NCBI GenBank assembly: GCA_041844915.1
Contig: JBGZBY010000087.1
Coordinates: 25,530 to 89,529 of the forward strand
DNA from: Eubacteriales bacterium
Lineage (GTDB): Bacteria; Bacillota; Clostridia; Lachnospirales; Vallitaleaceae
Direction: 5' to 3'
DNA: 64,000 nucleotides
Shown: positions 19,201 through 28,069 of the stretch, piece after piece
How positions within the stretch are numbered: the first letter of the stretch is position 1
How the letters are laid out: every line of letters begins with the position of its first letter
Notes under the pieces: model-generated
What the model saw: only the letters and a program-made list of their open reading frames with translations
Told to the model about the DNA's origin: nothing
Database searches by the model: none
Position numbers and translations under genes: made by a program

Positions 19201-21909
19201 CCGTATCAGGAAATTTTAATGCCGGTGAGAATTGATAATCAAAAACCACAGGGAATTGTGAAGATTGAAGGACTAAATGTAGTACCGAAGTCTGTGGTGC
19301 CAGTAGAAGCACAGGCAAAAAGTCAAACTGCCAGTCCGGTGGCAATCCAGGCAGCAACAAATGCCTCTATTCAGATTTCCCCGCAGAAGGTATCGGCGCG
19401 GCTTCATTTAACCGATAATCATGGAATATGGTTTGTAGGCGCTTCTTTAGATAATAAGCCATTAAATGTGAAAAAAATATCGAATACAGAATATGTAGTT
19501 GAAGATATTAAGGTGAACGGCTTGACCAAGTCAAAGCTTAGAATTGAAGCGATGGACTATGCCGGCAACCCCATGAAGCCGTATGAAGAAGAATTGAATA
19601 AATCAGGTGTATATCATTCGGAAACTGGGCAAACATTTGGACCAAAAAAATACATAGAATTAGAAGATGAAGAAGAAAGAAACTGGCGCAATCGTTTAGG
19701 AAAATTGATCGCGCCATGGACAGAATTAACGCCAAGTTCACCGCTATTGGAAGAAGAAAATGGAAGGTACTATTTTAAGGTGGATTGTCTTGATATTCCG
19801 GAAGAAAGCGATAACTATAAACTGAAGATAACCTCTGTCAACACTTTCCGAGGCGGCTATGATAGGATGACAGATATGGATTTGACTCCGGCGCAGGCAT
19901 GTAATGATTTGAAAATAGAAGTCAAAAATGGCTTTAATGTTGTCAATATTACTGTTTATAAAGAAGAGGATAAGCACATTGTCTTTAGTCGGGGCTATGC
20001 AGTAGTGCTGGATACCGAGCCGCCGGTGATATCGGAAAATAGCTCCAGCATTGAGTATGAAAAGGAAGAAGACGATGAAAATGAGAAAGGAATTTTTTAT
20101 ACCAATTCAGATATTGTTGAGATTAATGGAAAAATAAAGGATAACAATGACCATTGGCGTTTGTTTGTAAATGAAAACAATGTGGAAAGTCATCAGCAGG
20201 ACGGGGAATTTGATCAGCCAGAAAGAGAATTTTCCGCAAAGGTGAAAGTAAGTGACGGAGATAAACTGACGCTAAAAGCAGTTGACCGACTGGGAAATGA
20301 AAGAATAAAACGCTTTACTGTTGTACTAGATACCGTTGCACCGACCATAGAGGTTACACCGAAAGAAGAAAGTGGCTATATGGCAAGTACGGTGCTTAAA
20401 GTGGAGTTTAAAGACGATAAAGTCTTGCGTGGCGACGCTTCTAAGGTATTTGTGAATGGGAATCTATATCAGGAGGGTACTCCTTTATCGCAATATGGGG
20501 AAAATAAATTTTTCATCTATATGATTGCTATGGATAAAGCTGGCAATAAAACTCAAAAGGAGATTTTTGTCAACTTGGAAGACCAGGATAAGGAGTTTGC
20601 CGTTCGCTTGAAAAAAGACAGTTTCTATAAGGCAGAGTTAAAAAATATAGAAGCCCTTTTTGAATTACCGGAGGGAATGAGCGTTGCTTTAGTAGAAGAA
20701 GTGGACACTTCTGCTTTTGTAGCAACAATGAAAGTTGAATTTAAGAATAAATATGGCATGACCAAAACAATGGAGTACTCTGTCAAGCTGTTGGATTCGG
20801 ACTTTGAAAAATATAAACCAGTCTTAAAAAAGACGCATTTCCTGGCAGAAGAACTAACAGATGAAGGAGCGCTGTTTGATATTCCGGTAGGAGTGGCGGT
20901 TACGATTGAACGAATTGATGCTTCGGTTGCCGGAGAAAAAAGTATAAAAGCTAGCTTTTATTATGGCAACAAGCAAGCAAAAGCAGAGTATAAAATTACA
21001 GTAGTGCCGGAATTAACGGCAAAATTGCGCAAGACTTCCTTTATGCCAAGCGAATTAAGGGATATTGCTCAAGTGGTTGAGTTGACAGAAGGCTTGAAAG
21101 CAATTTATAAGGAAGAACCGAATTTTGCCAAATACGGTGAACAGAAAATTACAATAATTGTAATGGATCATTACGGTCATAAAAAAGAAATTAGCTTTGA
21201 CATTATACTCAAGGAAGAAATGACTTTAACTGCTTATGAGCCGTCCGTTTCAACACCAGTAACAGAAGGAAGCACGCCAGTTGTAAAAAAAGATAAAACC
21301 ACGACGGATATCAGCAAAGAAAAAATGTTAAAGAAGGAAACCGCAGAAGATGTAAAATTGATATCATTAAACGATATCAAAGGGCATTGGGCGCAGGAGA
21401 TAATTCAAGCCGCAGTTAAGGATAATCTAATTAAAGGCTATCCAGATGGCAGCTTTAGACCGGACAATAGCTTAAGCAGAGCAGAGTTTGTCGCTTTGCT
21501 AAACCGTGTGTTACAGTTAAAGGCAACAGAAGGGAGCTTAAACTTTAAAGACATTAGTCGTGAAAATTGGTATTATTCCGATTTAGCGGCATTAACAGAG
21601 AATGGCTTAATCAATGGTCATTCTAAAGATGAATTCGCTCCGCAAAAAGCAATTACTCGGTCGGAAATCATTGTAATTTTGCTGCGGTATTTGCATCAGG
21701 TCAAAGCGGAAATGCTTCATCGCTATCAGGAAAAAGAATTCGCTTTTGAAGATAAAGCAGAAATTAACGAGTGGGCATTGCAGTCTTTAAAAGAAGCATA
21801 TAATTTAGGCTTAGTAATAGGCGTAGATAATAGAATTATGCCAAATAAAGAAGCAAGTCGGGCGGAAATGATAAAAATGCTGTATCAGTTGAAGCAAATG
21901 ATGAATTAA
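16300..21909 (+). CDS. Cell-envelope S8 serine protease (lactocepin/C5a-peptidase-like) with C-terminal SLH domains
   Basis: Signal peptide, propeptide, catalytic triad IIDSG / HGLHVAG / GTSMSTP, PA insert, RRQGAG, Ig-like repeats, three SLH repeats (DIKGHWA, GYPDGSFRPD). Confidence 0.93.
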   Translation: MKKIILKRIMAFLLCFALLFGSFPELRAADNLVQNLPENNTEPEKYPLIEAFLNQQLKIAEENANDIYVLEFETGKKSEILKQLEKVEGLTIRYDYDTIFEGVSVLVPNRKLEEIRNISGIKNIQKNGSFVPQAMNASELTKVAEAAQYNNTVLFPQEEGKKFDGRGTIIAIIDSGININHPAMQIDEEAKPYVKIKESEIKEGFSLKVPRGFNYLGGSYDLLERLPSIHGLHVAGIAAGNDPAGFKGVAPNAQIFMYRVFSDRRYKKPEYNLEIDNYEFGGDDAVYHAMEDAVENGADVISMSIGRPGGGYIGDIYYNAVKNATEKGVAVVAAIGNYSSSASSNTYDNSPNNALNLTDTSAMTYIAGVNQTLSVGSTVNTKISLGKLKINDREFGYAFLGTSEKNKPLFKAGEYELVYVGHGRKSAFNNKDLNGKIALAFRDGNKIVDKIKEAAEKGAKGFILINAPTHYSRDRYRNQPSISYEVDREMTAVVEDQNIWAISISGNDGKILKEMMGQNAKMNFDFPNEKISHHLAEEIRMSGFSGWGPNAELELKPEVVAPGEAVYSCFNHGKYGFMSGTSMSTPHVAGISALLREKVKDLTDKKEIAKNLGKSAINKILLMNTAQPLKELLPEISELEVSPRRQGAGFVQVDAALKNNVIVTHNNIASVALKEIKGNTTSFELRLDNFSDKQQAFRLQFGKVLGETQIAVEKDDTYTGREEGELEDYVKTAQVNETHSREIGNAKIFGDKSEVEIPAGQSATVKVTLNTGNSQNEFVEGFIYFVSKNKEDNPDLSIPYFGYKGDWDSGKIIDSPSWEKDSLTKLTTVMATKPVGHDEEPQYFELGKENGVIDPSKIAFTNDPLNTFLMREVIARVITLREAKDFEVSILNEQKQHIRTLSTSHYYRKLINNLQYENSWHNKEKIQKPNLLFSWNGQIYDKKSGELKAAPEGQYYYRVRAKVRTDAPYQEILMPVRIDNQKPQGIVKIEGLNVVPKSVVPVEAQAKSQTASPVAIQAATNASIQISPQKVSARLHLTDNHGIWFVGASLDNKPLNVKKISNTEYVVEDIKVNGLTKSKLRIEAMDYAGNPMKPYEEELNKSGVYHSETGQTFGPKKYIELEDEEERNWRNRLGKLIAPWTELTPSSPLLEEENGRYYFKVDCLDIPEESDNYKLKITSVNTFRGGYDRMTDMDLTPAQACNDLKIEVKNGFNVVNITVYKEEDKHIVFSRGYAVVLDTEPPVISENSSSIEYEKEEDDENEKGIFYTNSDIVEINGKIKDNNDHWRLFVNENNVESHQQDGEFDQPEREFSAKVKVSDGDKLTLKAVDRLGNERIKRFTVVLDTVAPTIEVTPKEESGYMASTVLKVEFKDDKVLRGDASKVFVNGNLYQEGTPLSQYGENKFFIYMIAMDKAGNKTQKEIFVNLEDQDKEFAVRLKKDSFYKAELKNIEALFELPEGMSVALVEEVDTSAFVATMKVEFKNKYGMTKTMEYSVKLLDSDFEKYKPVLKKTHFLAEELTDEGALFDIPVGVAVTIERIDASVAGEKSIKASFYYGNKQAKAEYKITVVPELTAKLRKTSFMPSELRDIAQVVELTEGLKAIYKEEPNFAKYGEQKITIIVMDHYGHKKEISFDIILKEEMTLTAYEPSVSTPVTEGSTPVVKKDKTTTDISKEKMLKKETAEDVKLISLNDIKGHWAQEIIQAAVKDNLIKGYPDGSFRPDNSLSRAEFVALLNRVLQLKATEGSLNFKDISRENWYYSDLAALTENGLINGHSKDEFAPQKAITRSEIIVILLRYLHQVKAEMLHRYQEKEFAFEDKAEINEWALQSLKEAYNLGLVIGVDNRIMPNKEASRAEMIKMLYQLKQMMN

Positions 21910-22018
21910 AGCGAAATAAGTGGCATTTAGAGGGCTTAGTCTGATTGCGGCTTTAATGTCTTTATTGTTCAAATCTAACATTTCAAAATTGGAAAATGGA
22001 GGAGATGAAAGAGAGATA

Positions 22019-22046
22019 TTGACATTTCAATAAAATCCGGTATAAT
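22019..22046 (+). promoter_or_regulatory. Sigma-A promoter of the TPP-regulated operon
   Basis: TTGACA-16 bp-TATAAT. Confidence 0.7.
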
Positions 22047-22085
22047 AATTCTGTAGTGAATATCGACGAAGGTCGGATAATTAGA

Positions 22086-22163
22086 TATCGTGGGGTGCTT
22101 AAAAGGCTGAGATCATACCCGTATAACCTGTTCGGATAATGCCGGCGTAGGGAAAATACGATA
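22086..22163 (+). ncRNA. TPP riboswitch aptamer
   Basis: GGGGTGC...GCTGAGA...ACCC...ACCTG...GGATAATGCCGGCGTAGGGAA consensus with P1 TATCGT/ACGATA; upstream of thiamine-precursor transport genes. Confidence 0.95.
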
Positions 22164-22175
22164 ACAGAGGATAGG

Positions 22176-22206
22176 AAAGACCTGCCCCTTTCGGCAGGTC
22201 TTTTTT
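22176..22206 (+). terminator. Terminator of the TPP riboswitch expression platform
   Basis: AAAGACCTGCC-loop-GGCAGGTC followed by a T6 tract. Confidence 0.85.
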
Positions 22207-22276
22207 GCTTTCGGAGAGGATCCGGAGAAGCAGACTCTGTTGCTTTGCTTAAGTGCTCCCAGAAGGGAGTTTTTTT

Positions 22277-22573
22277 ATGGGAAATGCCAGTATGGCAATT
22301 CAGGTGTTGCCAAAGGTGGAGGACAAAAGGAAGGTAGTGGAGATTGTAGACCGCGTGATAGAATATATTGCCGGTCATGGGCTGAATTATTTTGTCGGGC
22401 CGTTTGAAACTGTGGTGGAGGGCGATTATGAGCAGCTGATGGAGATATTAAAGGGCTGTCAGAGGATAGCGATAGAAGTTGGAGCGCCTTCGGTTATGAG
22501 CTATATTAAGGTCAGCTATCATCCAAATGACGAGGGACTTAGCATTGAAGAAAAGACTGCAAAATATCATTAA
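22277..22573 (+). CDS. Thiamine-binding protein (MTH1187/YkoF-like)
   Basis: IQVLP...VGPFETVVEG pattern, ~98 aa, directly after the TPP riboswitch. Confidence 0.88.
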   Translation: MGNASMAIQVLPKVEDKRKVVEIVDRVIEYIAGHGLNYFVGPFETVVEGDYEQLMEILKGCQRIAIEVGAPSVMSYIKVSYHPNDEGLSIEEKTAKYH

Positions 22574-23297
22574 TTTTTTATATCGCTATAGCCTTGTGCT
22601 GGCGATATTGCTTCTGTGGCAGGGCTTGTCGGCTCTGCGACTTTTGCCGGAGTTTTTTCTGCCATCACCCTATGCTGTAGTCAAGGCGTTTGTTCAGGAT
22701 TTTGGATTGATTATGCAGCATACCGGGTATACGCTGACAGAGGCTTTTATTGGTATGGTAATTGCCGTTGTGCTGGCATTTGTCTTATCTCTGCTGATGG
22801 ATGCCTCCAAGCGCATTTATGATTTGCTGTACTCGCCGATTGTTGTCAGTCAAACGATTCCGACGGTTGCCATTGCGCCGCTTTTGATTATTTGGCTGGG
22901 CTATTATATGGCGCCCAAGATCGTGCTGGTGGTAATGACTGGCTTTTTTCCGATTTTGATTGCTTTGCTTGACGGCTATCGCTCGGTGGATCCGGACAGC
23001 CTTCGGCTTTTGCAAAGCATGGGAGCAAGCCGCTGGCAGGTTTATCTTCATGGTAAGCTTCCCGCCAGTGTAGGCTATTTTTTTGCTGGGCTTCGGGTAT
23101 CAGTTTCCTATGCGCTGATTTCAGCGGTGGTATCCGAATGGCTGGGCGGCTACTACGGCTTGGGCGTATATATGACTAGAGCGCGAAAGGCGGTGGCTCT
23201 GGATAAAATGTTTGCCATCATTTTTTTCGTATCCTTTTTAAGCCTGTTTTTAATGACAGTGGTTGACCGCCTGCATAAGAAATTGGTGAAATATTGA
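22527..23297 (+). CDS. ABC permease of a hydroxymethylpyrimidine/thiamine transporter (ThiX-like)
   Basis: FLPSP, SQTIPTVAIAPL and SEWLGG motifs of SsuC/TauC-type permeases; TPP-regulated context. Confidence 0.88.
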   Translation: MTRDLALKKRLQNIINFLYRYSLVLAILLLWQGLSALRLLPEFFLPSPYAVVKAFVQDFGLIMQHTGYTLTEAFIGMVIAVVLAFVLSLLMDASKRIYDLLYSPIVVSQTIPTVAIAPLLIIWLGYYMAPKIVLVVMTGFFPILIALLDGYRSVDPDSLRLLQSMGASRWQVYLHGKLPASVGYFFAGLRVSVSYALISAVVSEWLGGYYGLGVYMTRARKAVALDKMFAIIFFVSFLSLFLMTVVDRLHKKLVKY

Positions 23298-23487
23298 CAA
23301 GGAAATAACGATTAAAAGCACTGGTATATAGCTTATCAATCTGCTTAGGCTTGCCGATATCGCCAATTGGTCAGCATATAGGCAAACTCGGCAGACTATC
23401 AAGGCAGTTTTTATGTCTGCCTAGGCGTCTGCATGATAGGCAGGCTGCAAAAAGATAATAATAGATATCAAAACCAAGAGGAGATAA

Positions 23488-24549
23488 ATGTTTATGAAAA
23501 AAATTCAAATTTTAATATTGATAGTGGGAATGATACTTTCACTGGCTGCCTGCGAGCAGACAAGCGGTACGCAAAAGCAGGCGGCGGAGAAAGCGACGGT
23601 GCAGCCGGAAGGCGGCGAAGCAAAGGAAGAAAAGGCGGCGGAGATGGAAAAGCTGACGATTGTGCTGGATTGGGTGCCCAATACCAATCATACCGGACTT
23701 TTTGTAGCCAAGGATAAGGGGTACTTTGCCGAGGAGGGTCTGGAGGTTGAGATCGTGCAGCCTGCCGAGGATAGCGCTTCGGTCATTGTTGGTATGGGAC
23801 GGGCCGAATTTGGGATTCATTTTCAGCCGAACATGGTAAAGCGTCTTTTGAATGACACTCCGATTACGGCGGTCGCTGCGATTCTTCAACACAATACCGG
23901 CGGGATCATGAGCTTAAAGGAAAGCGGGATTGATTCGCCGAAGAAAATGACAGGCAAAAAATACTCTACTTGGGAGGATCCGATTGACGATGCGACGGTT
24001 CGCTTTATTGTGGAAAAGGACGGCGGAGATTGGGCGCAGGTAGAACTGGTGCCGGGAGAATCAACGGATGCAACCACAGCCTTGCAGCTGAAAATGTTTG
24101 ATTCGATTTTTGTCTATCAGGGCTGGGATTATATCCATTCACAGACCAAGCAGGTAGAAACCAGCTTCTTCTTGCTGACGGATTATGCGCCGGAATTTGA
24201 TTATTATACGCCTGTTATCATTGCCAATAACGACTTTTTAAAGATGAAGCCGGAGCTGGCAAAAAAAGCGCTGCGAGCGATAAAAAAAGGCTATGAATTT
24301 GCGGCGGCGAATTCGGCTGAGGCGGCGGAGATTTTAATCAACAATGCGCCGGAGGGAGATGCAGATTTGATTCGTGCCAGTCAGGAATTTTTGTCGGAAC
24401 ATTATATCGGTGATGCCAAATCATGGGGAATAATCGACAGGGAGCGCTGGAATCGCTTTTATGATTGGCTGTATGAGCAGAAGCTAATCGAAGAGCCGCT
24501 GACGGACAAAGGATTTTCCATGGATTATTTAGAATGGGAGAAACGATAA
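23488..24549 (+). CDS. ABC substrate-binding lipoprotein, NMT1/THI5 family (ThiY-like)
   Basis: Lipobox LAAC; LDWVPNTNHTG and DYYTPVII motifs. Confidence 0.9.
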   Translation: MFMKKIQILILIVGMILSLAACEQTSGTQKQAAEKATVQPEGGEAKEEKAAEMEKLTIVLDWVPNTNHTGLFVAKDKGYFAEEGLEVEIVQPAEDSASVIVGMGRAEFGIHFQPNMVKRLLNDTPITAVAAILQHNTGGIMSLKESGIDSPKKMTGKKYSTWEDPIDDATVRFIVEKDGGDWAQVELVPGESTDATTALQLKMFDSIFVYQGWDYIHSQTKQVETSFFLLTDYAPEFDYYTPVIIANNDFLKMKPELAKKALRAIKKGYEFAAANSAEAAEILINNAPEGDADLIRASQEFLSEHYIGDAKSWGIIDRERWNRFYDWLYEQKLIEEPLTDKGFSMDYLEWEKR

Positions 24550-24679
24550 GAGAAAAGCGGTTACCCGCACTGTGAAAATCTGGCAGAAACGAGAAAAAGT
24601 TGGCGAAGCTGCTGATGGATAAAGGATTTTGACAGGGCGTTTGAAATAGGGCTGCTTTGTGGAATAAATGGAGTAGAAT

Positions 24680-25429
24680 ATGCCAAAACTGGAATTAAAG
24701 AAAATATCACATTCCTTTGTGGACGCACCGGACATTCAGATCTTGAAGGACGCTTCGCTCTATGTAAATGAAGGAGAGATTGTCGGTATTATTGGACCGA
24801 GCGGCGGTGGCAAGACAACGCTGTTTAATATTGCCGCCGGCTTGCTGGCGCCGACTGCCGGAGAAGTGTTTCTGTCCGGCAAAGAGATTACCGGGCAAAG
24901 CGGCCATGTCAGCTATATGCTGCAAAAGGATCTCCTGCTGCCCTTTAAGACGGTGCTGGATAATGTGGCGTTGCCGCAGATTATTCGAGGGAAGGACAAA
25001 AAAAGTGCCAGAGCAGAGGCGGCCGTCTATTTTGAAGCCTTTGGGCTGGCGGGCACGGAGGACAAATATCCCAAAATGCTTTCCGGAGGAATGAAGCAAA
25101 GGGCGGCGCTGCTGCGCACCTATCTTTTCGGCAAGGAAGTGGCGCTTTTAGACGAACCTTTTTCAGCGCTGGATGCCATTACCAAGGAAAGTATTCATCA
25201 GTGGTATTTGGGTATTATGGAAAAAATCAATCTGACAACTCTTTTTATTACGCATGATGTGGAGGAGGCGATCCTTCTGTCGGATCGAATCTATGTTTTG
25301 AAGGGCAGGCCGGCGGAGCTGTCAGAGGCGATACCGATTGCTCTGCCAAGGCCGAGAGATCCGTTGAGTGAGCAAGTGATAGGATTAAAGCGAAGGTTAA
25401 AGGAGGAATACTTACAGGAGAAAAAATAA
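24680..25429 (+). CDS. ABC ATP-binding subunit (ThiZ-like)
   Basis: GPSGGGKTT, LSGGMKQR, LDEPFSALD, ITHD. Confidence 0.92.
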   Translation: MPKLELKKISHSFVDAPDIQILKDASLYVNEGEIVGIIGPSGGGKTTLFNIAAGLLAPTAGEVFLSGKEITGQSGHVSYMLQKDLLLPFKTVLDNVALPQIIRGKDKKSARAEAAVYFEAFGLAGTEDKYPKMLSGGMKQRAALLRTYLFGKEVALLDEPFSALDAITKESIHQWYLGIMEKINLTTLFITHDVEEAILLSDRIYVLKGRPAELSEAIPIALPRPRDPLSEQVIGLKRRLKEEYLQEKK

Positions 25430-25673
25430 GCTCCTGAAGGGAGCAGGGGCTTGCCGCTGCATTAGGAGAGGGAAAATTTTAAAAGAAACAGACGGCGCAA
25501 TAAGAGAAATAAGAATAGAAAAGCTTCGACATTTTGGCATGGGTCGAAGCTTTTCTATTAGAGCGGATAGGCTGGATTGGCTTGCTGTTTAAGCCTTAGC
25601 AGAAAGCCGCAAAAGCGTTTGACGCGTTTTTGAGCTTTTCTGCGATAACGAAAGCGCGATCAAGGCAACTGTC

Positions 25674-27461
25674 CTACATTTTATCAGGTACCGGAATGGC
25701 TAAGATCTCCAGTCCGGTGGTCAATGTCCGCAGAACGACGTTTAACAGTCGATGCCAAGAGGCTTTGCGCTCGGCAGATTCCTCCGTAATAATATGATGA
25801 TTGTGGTAAAAAGAATTCATCAGGGTGGAAAGCTCATACAAATATTCGCATAAATAATTTGGAGCCTTGTCTTTGGCGGCCTGCCATAGGACATCGCTAA
25901 ATCCGTCCAGCTTTAATTGAAGCTCCCTTTCTACGCTGCTGACGGCCGGCAGTAGCTCTCCGGGCTGACTGCTTTCCTCCGCCAACTTGCGCAGGATATT
26001 TTTGATGCGGACAATGGAATAGAGCAGATAAGGGCCGGTTTTTCCTTCAAAGGCGGAAAATTTTTCCAAGTCAAAAACATAGTCCTTCATGCGGTAATTT
26101 GACAGATCGGCAAATTTCAGCACGGAAATACCAACCATTTCAGCCACCTCGGCGGCATTAATATCCTCCTTGTTCTGGATTTTTCCAGCGGCATTGTCAA
26201 CCACCATAGCAATCAGATCAGCCAAGCGCAGGATACCGCCCTCTCTTGTCTTAAAAGGGCGGCCGTCTTTGCCGTTCATGGTACCGAAGCCGACAAATTC
26301 CAGAGAAATCTTTTCCGGAACGATGCCATATTTTTTGGCAGCTCGGAAAACTTGCGTAAAGTGGAGGGCTTGACGGGCATCGACCACATATAGAACCTCG
26401 TCGGGATGAAATTCCTTTTCTCTGTTGTAGAGAGTAGCTAAATCGGTTGTACCGTATAAATAGGAGCCGTCGCTTTTAACCAAAATAATCGGCGGCACCT
26501 CCTTTTTATCCGATTCTTCGCTGACATCGGCAATAATTGCACCATCGCTTTCCATTAAAGCATTTTTTTGCTTGAGCATATCCAGTACGATGGGAATGGA
26601 GTCATGACTGTCGCTTTCTCCGTACCATAGGTCAAAATCTACCAGAAGTCTTTGATAATTGGCCTTCAGATCGGCTACGGAAAGCTTGACGATATGCTGC
26701 CAAAGGGCTCTGTGGCCGGTAACGCCGTTTTGCAGGGCATAGGTGGCTTCTTTGGCGGCTGTTTCCATTGCCTTAGCATTTTCGGTGGGGCTGCCGATTT
26801 CATCCGTTTCCTTAATCGCAGCAGAAACGCGCGGATAGATTTCAGACAAGTCGTCTAAGGTAAAAGGCGGCTCTGCCGGATACTCCCCGCAGAAATCAGG
26901 GTCAAAATAAGGCAGATCCGGCTGTGTACGCTGCACTTCGGAAATAATCATACCCATTTGCAGCCCCCAGTCGCCGGTATGGATATCGCCGAGAACCTCA
27001 TAGCCCAGATAGCGAAACAGCCTTTTTAAAGCTTCGCCAATAATGGCGGTACGCAAATGTCCAATGTGTAAAGGTTTGGCGATGTTCGGTCCGCCGTAAT
27101 CAAGGATTACTTTTTTGGGAATGTTCAATTTTTGAACGAAAAGATTTTCTGACATCGCCAAGGCATTGATATGCTTAGCCAAAAAGCTGTCCTTGAGATT
27201 AAGATTGATAAAACCGGGATTTACAGCCTCTGCCGATTCAAAGATTTCAGCGGATTCTGGCAAAGCCAGCAGGCTTTGTACAATTTCGCGGCTGATGGCG
27301 ATTGGGGCTTTGTGCAAAAGCTTTGCCAACGGCATAGCGCCATTGCACTGAAACTGGCAAAGATCAGGCCGAGCGGAAAGTCCGACGGCGGCATAGTCAG
27401 TATTGTAGTTTAAGGCGGCAAACGCCTTTTCCATTTGCTGGGTCAATAATTGTGTTAGCAT
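25674..27461 (-). CDS. argS: Arginine--tRNA ligase
   Basis: PNIAKPLHIGH (HIGH), DWGLQMG, FKTREG and GKTGPYLLY motifs, C-terminal anticodon-binding domain. Confidence 0.96.
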   Translation of the reverse strand: MLTQLLTQQMEKAFAALNYNTDYAAVGLSARPDLCQFQCNGAMPLAKLLHKAPIAISREIVQSLLALPESAEIFESAEAVNPGFINLNLKDSFLAKHINALAMSENLFVQKLNIPKKVILDYGGPNIAKPLHIGHLRTAIIGEALKRLFRYLGYEVLGDIHTGDWGLQMGMIISEVQRTQPDLPYFDPDFCGEYPAEPPFTLDDLSEIYPRVSAAIKETDEIGSPTENAKAMETAAKEATYALQNGVTGHRALWQHIVKLSVADLKANYQRLLVDFDLWYGESDSHDSIPIVLDMLKQKNALMESDGAIIADVSEESDKKEVPPIILVKSDGSYLYGTTDLATLYNREKEFHPDEVLYVVDARQALHFTQVFRAAKKYGIVPEKISLEFVGFGTMNGKDGRPFKTREGGILRLADLIAMVVDNAAGKIQNKEDINAAEVAEMVGISVLKFADLSNYRMKDYVFDLEKFSAFEGKTGPYLLYSIVRIKNILRKLAEESSQPGELLPAVSSVERELQLKLDGFSDVLWQAAKDKAPNYLCEYLYELSTLMNSFYHNHHIITEESAERKASWHRLLNVVLRTLTTGLEILAIPVPDKM

Positions 27462-27804
27462 AAATCATCGTATGCCATTGCGGCATACATCCTCCTTTGA
27501 TTGTAGTGTTCATTTCCGTAAATTCCGATTTCGGAGAGCCGTTTGGCTATAGGCGACAAAAACAAAGCCTGCTGCCGCCAGAACAGATTTTTCGTCAAGC
27601 CTGCGCTTTTGATAGGAAAGGGCGAGCAAAGCTGTCTTTAACGGAAAATGATGAGATTTAAAAATATTATACTACATTTATGGAAGATTTAACAGCAGAA
27701 ATTTAACGACTGCTCCGTTTTACATAATTTCAGCACGGTAAAAATGAAATTTAGACAAAATACATTGAAAAAATATTAAAAAAGCACAAAAAACAGAAAA
27801 TATC

Positions 27805-27833
27805 TTGCGCTTTCTTAATGAAAAACTTATAAT
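27805..27833 (+). promoter_or_regulatory. Sigma-A promoter divergent from argS
   Basis: TTGCGC-17 bp-TATAAT. Confidence 0.5.
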
Positions 27834-27970
27834 AAAAAGAGAGGTGCCAGAAAGTGGTTTGCTAAAAGAAATAATTTTAGGGTGGTATATTAGAAAGTTG
27901 CAGAATAATGTTAAAGATTTTTAGTATGATTTTACGGAACGATAAGAGGGGAAACAGAGGGAGCTACCAA

Positions 27971-28048
27971 ATGAATTATACTGCAAAGAGTGTCAATGGA
28001 AAATACTTAATGGAAACAGAACACGAAAAATTGGAAATTTATGATTAA
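27971..28048 (+). CDS. Putative 25-aa small ORF (MNYTAKSVNGKYLMETEHEKLEIYD)
   Basis: SD GAGGGAG 7 nt upstream; stop codon lies just before the SD of the next gene. Confidence 0.3.
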   Translation: MNYTAKSVNGKYLMETEHEKLEIYD

Positions 28049-28069
28049 CAAGAGGAAAGGAGAAGAGAT

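Noticed and set aside
27520-27531. AAATTCCGATTT resembling a cassette closing arm in the argS leader
   Set aside because: It is isolated, has no partner arm and borders an essential gene; may be chance
27500-27670. T-box leader for argS
   Set aside because: No GGTGGNACC antiterminator bulge or specifier stem is visible on the minus strand
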